From contig SLOW01000259.1 in assembly GCA_007132315.1 (NCBI GenBank), positions 1 to 32,315 of the forward strand: a stretch of DNA of 32,315 bases. Reading direction: 5' to 3'. Below are positions 1-7,941 of the stretch, piece by piece (the stretch's first letter is position 1; the number at the start of each line of letters is the position of its first letter). The notes under the pieces are model-generated. The model ran no database searches. It saw only the letters and a program-made list of their open reading frames with translations, and had not been told where the DNA came from. Source of the DNA: Opitutales bacterium. GTDB taxonomy: Bacteria > Verrucomicrobiota > Verrucomicrobiia > Opitutales > T3Sed10-336. The translations under genes were made by a program, and so were the position numbers.

Positions 1-65
1 GCCGGTCGCTTCGGGCCAGAAACGTTTTCTGCGGGTGCTCGTGAGTTTCCCCTGAAACCCGCGAA

Positions 66-129
66 ACTGATTTCCTCTTTTGGGAGTCTGTCGGCGAAGC
101 CCGACAGACTCCCAAAAGAGGAAATCAGT
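66..129. repeat. Perfect 29-bp inverted repeat with 6-nt spacer
   Basis: actgatttcctcttttgggagtctgtcgg (66-94) is the exact reverse complement of ccgacagactcccaaaagaggaaatcagt (101-129); spacer cgaagc; overlaps the stop codon (125-127) of the minus-strand oxidoreductase. Confidence 0.95.
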
Positions 130-1159
130 GGGTCAGGCGAAAAATGGTTTGAAATGGAGGCATATTGCGCGCCACCAGAGCCATGATCAGGCGTTGGAAC
201 AGCGGACGCACCAGCATGGTCTGGAGGATCCCGGCCGTCAGGCGGCGTTTGCGGAATTTCCGGCGGCTGGCGTGCGAGGCGCGTCGCAGCGCTCCGAGCC
301 AGTCGATTTCCCCGTCCGCGTAGGCGAGCACATGAGGCAGGACGGTTTCGACGTTTTCGATGGCGAGCGACATGCCGTTGCCCGTGAAGGGAGGGATCAT
401 TCCTCCGGCGTCCCCCAGCCGGAGGGCCCGGGGGTTGCGCCCGTGTCGGCCCTCGGAAAAGTTGAAACCGGAAATCGCCGAAAAACTGCTTGCGACCGGG
501 TGCCCGGAATCGAGTTTGTCGGCCAGAGTGGTCAGTCCGGAACCGCGCAGATAGGCGGCGAGCAGGGTCGTTCCCTGTCCCTTGAGACTCGGGCGCCGGC
601 GAAACAGACCGCACAGGTTGAAGCGATCGTCCTCGATGCGGGAAACGCCGACATAGGCGCGGTCTCCGAGATACATCTGCAAGTCTTCCGTGGCGTCGGG
701 AAAGGCGCGCAGATGCACTTTCAGGCCGAGCCATTCGGATTTTCCACTGCCTTTGCCGGTTGCGACCACAGTGCCATCTGGCGGCGCGGAGAGTTCGGAG
801 GCCGCGACCCGTTCGCCCGTAAGAAGGGTTCCGCCGGCGTTTTCGAAGCGTTCCGCCAGGCGATAGTCCAGGCGCAGGCGGGACAGACCGCGTACCGGGA
901 CGGGCAGTTCGCAACGAAGCAGCCGCCGATCGCCCCGATACCAGCCCGTGACGCGATTGAACGCGCAGCCGTTGAAGGCGTCCGCGATCCCCAATGTTGC
1001 GAGCGTCTTGTCGGAGACGCCGCAGAGGAATTCGCCGCAGACTCGGTGGCGCGGGTACTGGGCCGCTTCGTGCAGGGTGACGGGAACCTCGCTTCGTCGG
1101 AGCGCTATTCCCAGTGACAATCCGGCGATTCCTCCTCCGATGATTTTGATCGGTCTCAA
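125..1159 (-). CDS. NAD(P)/FAD-dependent oxidoreductase (geranylgeranyl reductase/monooxygenase-like fold)
   Basis: N-terminal IIGGGIAG Rossmann motif, HRVCGEF motif, C-terminal [18 protein letters not shown]. Start placed at TTG 1159 because the ORF-track start (1207) lies inside the post-tRNA hairpin. Confidence 0.85.
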   Translation of the reverse strand: MRPIKIIGGGIAGLSLGIALRRSEVPVTLHEAAQYPRHRVCGEFLCGVSDKTLATLGIADAFNGCAFNRVTGWYRGDRRLLRCELPVPVRGLSRLRLDYRLAERFENAGGTLLTGERVAASELSAPPDGTVVATGKGSGKSEWLGLKVHLRAFPDATEDLQMYLGDRAYVGVSRIEDDRFNLCGLFRRRPSLKGQGTTLLAAYLRGSGLTTLADKLDSGHPVASSFSAISGFNFSEGRHGRNPRALRLGDAGGMIPPFTGNGMSLAIENVETVLPHVLAYADGEIDWLGALRRASHASRRKFRKRRLTAGILQTMLVRPLFQRLIMALVARNMPPFQTIFRLTH

Positions 1160-1180
1160 TGTATTTGCGGGTTTGCGGGT

Positions 1181-1215
1181 AAACAGGTGCGGGATACCCG
1201 GAGGCATCCCGCACC
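1181..1215 (-). terminator. Stem-loop downstream of tRNA-Pro (terminator or processing hairpin)
   Basis: Minus strand GGTGCGGGATGCC-TCCG-GGTATCCCGCACC (13-bp stem with one G-U pair, UNCG loop) followed by a short TGTTT tail. Confidence 0.6.
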
Positions 1216-1223
1216 GTGGCGAG

Positions 1224-1297
1224 TCGGGGTGAGAGGATTCGAACCTCCGACCTCTTCGTCCCGAACGAAGCGCGCTGCCAGACTGCGCTACACCCCG
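1224..1297 (-). tRNA. tRNA-Pro (anticodon CGG)
   Basis: Reverse complement CGGGGTGTAGCGCAGTCTGGCAGCGCGCTTCGTTCGGGACGAAGAGGTCGGAGGTTCGAATCCTCTCACCCCGA: acceptor stem CGGGGTG/CACCCCG, anticodon arm CTTCG-TT-CGG-GA-CGAAG, T-loop GGTTCGAATCC; CCA not encoded directly after the discriminator. Confidence 0.97.
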
Positions 1298-1411
1298 TAC
1301 TGATCAAAAGGGTAAAATCAGCCCATGTCGGTGGTCGATGCAAGATTAAATTCAGTTTTCCAAACCGGAATTCGATTGGGTTGAGCAGCGGCGGGCTCAG
1401 ACTGATGAATC

Positions 1412-2437
1412 ATGAAATCGAATGGGACTTTGCGGATCGGGATTATCGGGGCGGGTGCCAACACCCGCCTGCGCCACATCCCCGGTTTTCGGGCGATCGA
1501 CGGCGTGGAACTGACAAAGGTCGTCAACCGCAGCCGGGCGTCGTCGGAAAAGGTCGCCCGCGCGTTCGGGATCGCGGCGGTGGGAGACCACTGGCGCGAG
1601 GTCGTGGACTCGGCGGAAGTCGATGCGGTGATGATCGGCACCTGGCCCTGCCTGCACGCCGAGGCGGGTATCGCCGCGCTGGAGGCCGGCAAACACCTGC
1701 TGACTGAAGCGCGTATGGCGATGGACCTTCGGGAGGCGGAGGCGATGCTTGCCGCCGCCCGGCGGCATCCGCGCCTGGTCGCCCAGATCGTTCCGGCGCC
1801 GATGTCGCTCGATGTGGACGCCGCGGCGCACCGCCTGGTGACAGGCGGGGAGGTGGGCGAGATCCGCGAAGTGTCGGTGGTGCATACCGGCGGTCAGTAC
1901 GCGGACCCGTCCGCCCCGCTCACCTGGCGCCAGGATCGGGAGGCGAGTGGTGTCAATATGCTGACTTTGGGGATCTATCACGAAATGGTGCTGCGCTGGG
2001 TTTCGGGTGATCCGGAGGTGGTGCGGGCGGACGGCGCCGTCTTTACCCCGCACCGGCGGGATCCGGAAACCGGCCGGGACAAGGCGGTGGAAATCCCCGA
2101 AAGCGTCTCCGTCCTCGGGCGTTATCCGGATGGCGCACGGCTGATTTATCACTTCAGCGCGGTCGAACCCGGGAGTCCGCGCAACGAGATTCGAGTCAAC
2201 GGTTCGCGCGCCGGGCTGCGCTTCGACGTGGCCGCGAACCGATTGTTCCTGGCCCCGGCCGGGGGCGAGGAGGAGGAAGTGACCCTCCCCGCCGACGAAC
2301 GCCGTGGCTGGCGGGTGGAAGAGGACTTTGTGGCGTCGATCCGGGAGGGACGTCCGGTGAGTCTGACCGATTTCGAAACCGGCGTGCGCTACATGGGTTT
2401 TACCCAATCGGTGTGGGATTCATTGCATCGATCCTGA
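1412..2437 (+). CDS. Gfo/Idh/MocA family oxidoreductase
   Basis: LRIGIIGAG Rossmann start, VDAVMIGTWPCLH, ALEAGKHLLTEARM (variant of the GKHVxxEKP motif). Confidence 0.9.
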   Translation: MKSNGTLRIGIIGAGANTRLRHIPGFRAIDGVELTKVVNRSRASSEKVARAFGIAAVGDHWREVVDSAEVDAVMIGTWPCLHAEAGIAALEAGKHLLTEARMAMDLREAEAMLAAARRHPRLVAQIVPAPMSLDVDAAAHRLVTGGEVGEIREVSVVHTGGQYADPSAPLTWRQDREASGVNMLTLGIYHEMVLRWVSGDPEVVRADGAVFTPHRRDPETGRDKAVEIPESVSVLGRYPDGARLIYHFSAVEPGSPRNEIRVNGSRAGLRFDVAANRLFLAPAGGEEEEVTLPADERRGWRVEEDFVASIREGRPVSLTDFETGVRYMGFTQSVWDSLHRS

Positions 2438-2471
2438 CCCCGGTTCGGGCCTGGGCGAATTGCGATTTTCT

Positions 2472-2494
2472 GGAGGGCGGCGCTCCCGCGCCGC
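2472..2494 (+). repeat. REP-like palindromic repeat, copy 1
   Basis: GGAGG-GCGGCGC-TCCC-GCGCCGC; identical 23-mer at 17841-17863; intergenic. Confidence 0.75.
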
Positions 2495-2688
2495 CGCAGG
2501 GGGGGGAAGGCGCTCCGATGAGGGTCGTTGCCGGGGGAAACGGGTCACCGTTTACCTCCGGGACGCGCGGCGACCATGGCGGAGCAACTGCGTCTCACGC
2601 AAGCGCATTGTCGTGTTTCTTGATCAAAGATTGGATGTGGATGCGCATGGCCCTCCAGAGGGGAAGGGCCGGCCGACGTGGTTGCGGC

Positions 2689-4602
2689 TCAATCGAGGTG
2701 GGGGGAATATTCGGGGACGAAATGCCGAAGGCGCAATTTGATCTGGTCCGGGTCGCTCTGGTAGAGGATTTTCCGGAGTTCGGTCAGGAAGGTTTCGTAT
2801 TCCTGCAGAGAGGGAAGCGTTCCGTCGTCGCGGCGCAGGCGCAGGATGTTCGGATGATGGGTGGCTTCGGCGCGGTCCGCGTCCGGCCGGAAGACCTCGA
2901 CGATGTCGCCGCCCGGACGGAGTCCGACCGACTCGATCTGCAAGTCGATCTCCGGCCGCAGGCCGCTCAACTCGATCATCTGCCGGGCCAGATCGCGCAC
3001 CGGGATGGCCTGCCCGGTATCGAGGTAAAGGATGTCTCCGGCCTGTGCGAAGGCGGCGCACTCGAGCAGCAGGGAGCACGTCTCGGCCACCGAGACCACT
3101 TGCCGGACGGCTTCCGGGTGGGAGATGCGCACCGGGCCCCCATTGGCGATCTGGCGCGAGAAGGTGTCGATGAAACTGCCGGTGGAGCCGAGCGCGTGTC
3201 CGAAGCGCACCGATACAAAACGCGTTTGGTCCGGGGCTTCCCGTTGCAGGGTCTGGAGGCCGATTTCGATCAGGCGCTTCGCGGCGCCCATCACATCGGA
3301 CGGTTTCAGGGCGCTGTCGGTGGAGGTGAACACGAAGCGTTTGGCGCCGTATTTCCGGGCGGTTTGTGCGAGTTGAATGGTGCCGAGAATATTATTGCGG
3401 ATGGCCTCGCCGGGCTGATGTTCCATCATGACCGCGTGCTTGTGCGCGGCGGCGTGAAAAACAACCTCCGGACGGTGTTCGCGGAAAATGTTTTCCATGC
3501 GGCCGGCGTCGAGGATGTTTCCCACCAGCGGGACAATCCGCTCGCGGTGGCCGCGCTGGATCAGGTCCTGTTCCACTTGGAAGAGCTGAACTTCGCACTG
3601 CTCGACCAGAAGGAGCTGTGCGGGATCCTCCAACAGAATGCGCCGGCTCAGTTCCGCTCCGATGCTTCCTCCGGCGCCGGTCACTAGGACCGTCTTGGCG
3701 GAGAGGCATTGCCGGATGGCGTCACGCGACAGCGGCACCGGATTGGTTTCCAACAGATCCTCGACGCCCACCGAACGCAACTGGCTGACCCGGAACTCGC
3801 CGGTGGCCAGTTGGTGCATCGAGGGAACGGTCGTGAACCGGATTCTCGCCTGTTGCAGGAGTCCGATGATTTCCCGGATCCGCTTGGCCGGGGCTCCGGG
3901 CATGGCGATGATCACCTCGTCGAGCCGGCGGCGGATGCTTTCGTCGAGCAGTGCTTCGGGCGGCCCGATGATGGGGAGGTCGTGGATGCGCGAGCCGTGG
4001 CGGTCGGGGTTTTCGTCGAAAAACGCCACCGGTTTCCGTTTCAGGCTCGGCCGGTGGAAGAGCTCCTTGACCAGATTGGCGGCGGCGTCGCCGGTCCCGA
4101 TGATTCCCACCCGTCGCAGGTTACCGTTCTCTTGGCGGTTCCGGGCATCGCGTTGCTGGTAGCGGATCCGAAGCAACAGGCGAAAGGTCGAGATGCCGCC
4201 GAAACTGAGAAACAGATCAGCCAGAATTACGCCGCGCGGCGGGGAGTAGTCGATGCCGAGGAAGAAATACACCGCCAGCATGGCCGCCGAGGCGAGGGCC
4301 AGGGCGGAGAAGATTTTGATCAGGTCGGGGGTGCTGTAAAAACTCAGCACCGGATCGAATTGCCGGAACAGTTCGATCAGGAGCAGTTTGACCGGTATCA
4401 CCCACAGAAAGACAACGAGCATGTCTTCGCGCACGCTGGACGGTACCGCGAAGTCGAAACGCAACTGGTAGGCCAGCCAGAGACTCGCGATGCAGATGAG
4501 CGAGTAGGCCGCCAGCAGAAAAACGAAACGTGTGCCGGTGGCGCCCGAAAAGCGGCGCTTGACGTCCCAGTCGGAGAAGTATGAACGAAGCGGCCAATCC
4601 AT
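2689..4602 (-). CDS. Membrane-anchored nucleoside-diphosphate sugar epimerase/dehydratase-like protein (CapD/WbpM/PglF family) with degenerate catalytic motifs
   Basis: About four N-terminal hydrophobic helices, a CoA-binding-like Rossmann domain (VGIIGTGDAA, PVAFFDE), and an SDR domain (VLVTGAGGSIGAEL, VFHAAAHKH, VRFG, GLRPG). Confidence 0.9.
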   Translation of the reverse strand: MDWPLRSYFSDWDVKRRFSGATGTRFVFLLAAYSLICIASLWLAYQLRFDFAVPSSVREDMLVVFLWVIPVKLLLIELFRQFDPVLSFYSTPDLIKIFSALALASAAMLAVYFFLGIDYSPPRGVILADLFLSFGGISTFRLLLRIRYQQRDARNRQENGNLRRVGIIGTGDAAANLVKELFHRPSLKRKPVAFFDENPDRHGSRIHDLPIIGPPEALLDESIRRRLDEVIIAMPGAPAKRIREIIGLLQQARIRFTTVPSMHQLATGEFRVSQLRSVGVEDLLETNPVPLSRDAIRQCLSAKTVLVTGAGGSIGAELSRRILLEDPAQLLLVEQCEVQLFQVEQDLIQRGHRERIVPLVGNILDAGRMENIFREHRPEVVFHAAAHKHAVMMEHQPGEAIRNNILGTIQLAQTARKYGAKRFVFTSTDSALKPSDVMGAAKRLIEIGLQTLQREAPDQTRFVSVRFGHALGSTGSFIDTFSRQIANGGPVRISHPEAVRQVVSVAETCSLLLECAAFAQAGDILYLDTGQAIPVRDLARQMIELSGLRPEIDLQIESVGLRPGGDIVEVFRPDADRAEATHHPNILRLRRDDGTLPSLQEYETFLTELRKILYQSDPDQIKLRLRHFVPEYSPHLD

Positions 4603-4736
4603 GGTCGTAAAAAGAAACCGTGCGCTGATCCGAGCGACGGGTAAAGCCTGTTTTTCGGCTCATTTCCCGTTCCCGGGAATGGCGGGCGTCATGGTTCCGG
4701 GATTGACGCGGGACCGGCACGCGGTGGAATGCCGGC

Positions 4737-5192
4737 ATGCGCGCGGTGGTGCAACGGGTTTCTTCGGCTTCGGTCACGGCCATCGGGGCTCCTCGAACGG
4801 CGATTGGCCGCGGCCTGGTGGTCCTGGCGGCGGTGGAGGCCGGTGACGAGGCCGCCGACGCGGAGTGGCTCGCGCGGAAGTTCGTGCAACTGCGTTTGTT
4901 CCCGGACGATGCGGGCCGGATGAATCGGTCCCTGAGCGATGTCGCGGGCGACTTGATGGTGGTGAGCCAGTTTACCTTGCTCGGGACGGTGCGCAAAGGC
5001 ACCCGGCCCTCCTACAACCGGTCGGCAGGTCCGGACGAGGCGATCCCGTTGTACGAGGCCCTGGTGGCGCGCGCCGAATCGCTGTTGGGGCGGCCGGTCG
5101 CGACGGGCCTTTTTGGTGCCGATATGAGCTTGGCTTTGACCAACGATGGTCCGGTGACCATCATCCTCGATACCAAACGAAAGGATTATTAG
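4737..5192 (+). CDS. dtd: D-aminoacyl-tRNA deacylase
   Basis: MRAVVQRV start, SQFTL motif, NDGPVT Gly-cisPro motif. Confidence 0.97.
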   Translation: MRAVVQRVSSASVTAIGAPRTAIGRGLVVLAAVEAGDEAADAEWLARKFVQLRLFPDDAGRMNRSLSDVAGDLMVVSQFTLLGTVRKGTRPSYNRSAGPDEAIPLYEALVARAESLLGRPVATGLFGADMSLALTNDGPVTIILDTKRKDY

Positions 5193-5195
5193 GAG

Positions 5196-5843
5196 ATGGC
5201 GAAAAGAGCATTGTTTGTGTGGGGTGGCTGGGAAGGTCACGAACCGAAGGCTTGTGTGGATCTGTTCGTTCCCCTGATGGAGAAGGAGGGGTTCGCAGTG
5301 GAGGTTTCGGACTCGCTGAAGACGTTCGCCGACGCGGACTGTCTCCGGAACATGGACCTGATCGTTCCGTGCTGGACCATGGGAGATCTTCCGCCTGAGT
5401 CGGAAAAGGGGCTGTTGGAAGCGGTACGCCGGGGTACCGGCGTGGCCGGCTGGCACGGGGGGATGGGGGACGCGTTTCGAAAGAATCCTTCCTACCAGTT
5501 TATGGTGGGCGGGCAGTGGGTGGCCCATCCCGACAACATCATCGACTACACGGTGAACATCATCGACCACGAGGATCCGATCACGCGGGGGTTGTCGGAT
5601 TTCCGGATGCGGTCGGAGCAGTACTACATGCACGTCGATCCGGCCAACGAAGTCCTGGCCACGACCACCTTCGAAACCCGCAGCGCCCCCTGGGTCAACG
5701 GCACGGTCATGCCGGTGGTGTGGAAACGGCGTTGGGACCAGGGCAAGGTCTTTTATTCCTCGCTGGGTCACGTCCGGTCCGATTTCGACGTCGAAGAAGC
5801 CCGTGAGATCCAGGTGCGCGGGATGGTGTGGGCGAGCCGTTGA
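5196..5843 (+). CDS. ThuA (trehalose utilisation)-like domain protein
   Basis: [35 protein letters not shown] motifs; AGGAG RBS overlapping the dtd stop. Confidence 0.88.
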   Translation: MAKRALFVWGGWEGHEPKACVDLFVPLMEKEGFAVEVSDSLKTFADADCLRNMDLIVPCWTMGDLPPESEKGLLEAVRRGTGVAGWHGGMGDAFRKNPSYQFMVGGQWVAHPDNIIDYTVNIIDHEDPITRGLSDFRMRSEQYYMHVDPANEVLATTTFETRSAPWVNGTVMPVVWKRRWDQGKVFYSSLGHVRSDFDVEEAREIQVRGMVWASR

Positions 5844-5871
5844 GGAGGCCGGCGTTGCGACCGGGGTCCGT

Positions 5872-6552
5872 TCAGCTCTTTCCGGTTTTCAGTCGGCGGA
5901 AGTGCTTCCAGAAGTTTTCCGCCAGGAGTCGTTTCACTTCTTCGGGGTCCGGCGCGTAGCCGAGTTCCCGGCTGAGGGAGGTGACCGAAGCGCCGGTGAG
6001 ACCGCAGGGAACGATGCCAGAAAAATGGGCGAGGTCGGGGTCCCGGTTGAGCGCGAAGCCGTGCATGGTGATCCAGCGTTTCACCGCGACTCCGATGGCG
6101 GCAACCTTGCGGTCTCCCAGCCAGACCCCCGTCATGCCCTCCCGCCGGGAAGCCGCCAGGCCGAGCGCTCCGACACTGTCGATCAGCACCTGCTCGATCA
6201 GGCGCAGGTAATGGTGTAGATCCCCGGTGTTGGCGAGACTGACGATGGGGTATCCCACGATCTGCCCCGGGCCGTGATAGGTGACGTCGCCGCCCCGGTC
6301 GGTTTCGATCACCTCGACGCCGTGACCGGCGCGCTCGGTTTCCGACCAGATCAAGTGGCGCGCCGCTCCCACGCGTTTGCCGATGGTGAAGACGGGATCG
6401 TGTTCTGTGAAGATCAGGGCGTCGGGGACCCGGTTGTCGCGGCGGAGTTTCAGGCGTTCCAGCTGGCGCTCCCAGGCGGTCCGGTACGGCGTGCGTCCCC
6501 AGTCGAGGGTTTCGGCTTCCCGCCGTGCCGGCTCGGTGTGGTTTGCATTCAT
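5872..6552 (-). CDS. lipB: Lipoyl(octanoyl) transferase
   Basis: EHDPVFTIG, TDRGGDVTYHGPGQIVGYP, KVAAIGV, HGFALN, IVPCGL; ATG at 6552 chosen over the longer ORF start. Confidence 0.95.
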   Translation of the reverse strand: MNANHTEPARREAETLDWGRTPYRTAWERQLERLKLRRDNRVPDALIFTEHDPVFTIGKRVGAARHLIWSETERAGHGVEVIETDRGGDVTYHGPGQIVGYPIVSLANTGDLHHYLRLIEQVLIDSVGALGLAASRREGMTGVWLGDRKVAAIGVAVKRWITMHGFALNRDPDLAHFSGIVPCGLTGASVTSLSRELGYAPDPEEVKRLLAENFWKHFRRLKTGKS

Positions 6553-6669
6553 GCGTTCCGACAGGATTGCGCCGTCGCGTGATTTATCAAGGCCGGGTTC
6601 CGGTAATCCTCGCGGGGAACCCTCGGCGGGAGCCAACCGCCGCGGAGATCGAGAAGTTTCCCAAATGCC

Positions 6670-6698
6670 TTGGCCAATCGGAGCGGAAGGGGTATGGT
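6670..6698 (+). promoter_or_regulatory. Candidate sigma70-type promoter for the hypothetical/lysS gene run
   Basis: TTGGCC-N17-TATGGT in the divergent intergenic region, about 85 nt upstream of ATG 6784. Confidence 0.4.
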
Positions 6699-6783
6699 GC
6701 GGGGAGTCTTGGATGGCCGGGGCGTGTGCGAGCGCCGGCCCGGCATTTCATCCGCAACGGACGAATCCGCCGCCATACCGTTC

Positions 6784-7854
6784 ATGAGATCCGAAACCAA
6801 GCGCAAACCCACCTACCCGGTGATTCCGGCTCTGCGGGAGTATCTGTTGGAATTCAAGCGGGAGATGGACCTGCCGCTGGTGTACGAGGATCTGCTGGGC
6901 TTCCGGGAATCCATTCCCCTGCTCGATGCCCGGGGCAACGACACTCTGTGGGAATCGGTGATCTACGATCCCAGCGAAATGCAACGCTTGAACCGGGATC
7001 TGACCGAGATATACGCCGTGCTCAAAGTGGACGGCGACCTCAGTGTGATGCAGCACCTGTACGTCGACCGGGTCGATTTTTGCACGTTCGGCAATTCGCA
7101 CCCGTTTCGCATTCGCATCGTCAATTCGTACAACGACAACCAGGACTATTACTACGTCAAGAAAGCCGACGCCTCCCGCGTGTACGGCCTGGAGCTGGAA
7201 CACCTCCTGTCGCCCAACCGCATCAATTATCTGACCTGCGGGACGAATCTCGTGGAAGAACACATCAGCGGGATTCCGGGCGATGTGTTCATCGACGAAT
7301 GGCTCCACAGCGAACGCCTCAACCCGGTGCGGGTCGCGAAGGAACTGGTTAAATTCAACGAACGTTGTTTCATTCGACTGCTGGGGGACATGCGTTCCTA
7401 CAATTTTGTGGTGGACGTCACTCCCGATTTCGAGGGCGTGCAGGTGCGTATCCGCTGTATGGATTTCGATCAGCAGTCCTACGACGGCCGGAAGAACTTT
7501 TATCTCCCCCAGTTTTTCAAGGATAACAGCCCGCTGGTGCTCTTTTGTCAGGAACGCCTCAACCGCACCACCGCCCGCCAGTATCAGCGGGAGGAGCAGG
7601 CGTTGATCTACCGCCGGGTGCAGATCAGCGGGACCCGGCTGAACCGCCTGCTGGCGGTGATGGAAAACGAGGAAATCGCCCCGCCCGAAAACGTGGAGTC
7701 CCTGCGCGCCGCTCTCGCCGAACACTACGGGAACCCCGCCTTCGAACAGTGCGAGAGCATGGGGGAACTGGTGTCCGAGAGCCTCCGGACGCTCTCGAAC
7801 AACGTGCGCCGCCGCGACGAGGCCGCTGGCAGCCGGGTGTTCGATTTCAAGTGA
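6784..7854 (+). CDS. Conserved hypothetical protein, putative atypical (PI3K/HipA-like) kinase fold
   Basis: Protein-like composition; ordered motifs NSHPFRI...YYYVKK...LVEEH...LLGDMRSYNFVV...CMDFD. The CDS is certain, the function is inferred. Confidence 0.8.
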   Translation: MRSETKRKPTYPVIPALREYLLEFKREMDLPLVYEDLLGFRESIPLLDARGNDTLWESVIYDPSEMQRLNRDLTEIYAVLKVDGDLSVMQHLYVDRVDFCTFGNSHPFRIRIVNSYNDNQDYYYVKKADASRVYGLELEHLLSPNRINYLTCGTNLVEEHISGIPGDVFIDEWLHSERLNPVRVAKELVKFNERCFIRLLGDMRSYNFVVDVTPDFEGVQVRIRCMDFDQQSYDGRKNFYLPQFFKDNSPLVLFCQERLNRTTARQYQREEQALIYRRVQISGTRLNRLLAVMENEEIAPPENVESLRAALAEHYGNPAFEQCESMGELVSESLRTLSNNVRRRDEAAGSRVFDFK

Positions 7855-7941
7855 CGGCCCGCATTGCCTGGATGAGGTCCGGCCGGGGCCGCGGCATTTT
7901 GTCATGGCAATTGCCGGACCGGGCGCTAGGCTCGACCGCTT

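Noticed and set aside
17-31. Palindrome cagaaacgttttctg resembling a LacI-family operator
   Set aside because: At the window edge, downstream of a gene end; no promoter or regulator context visible
1220-1300. tRNA-Pro as an integration site of a genomic island
   Set aside because: No integrase and no duplicated tRNA 3' end seen within the window
1216-1707. 163-aa plus-strand ORF
   Set aside because: Runs antisense through the tRNA and out of frame into the Gfo gene
6594-6745. GC-rich hairpins in the lipB/hypothetical divergent spacer as a riboswitch
   Set aside because: Short stems are expected at this GC content; no recognisable aptamer motif
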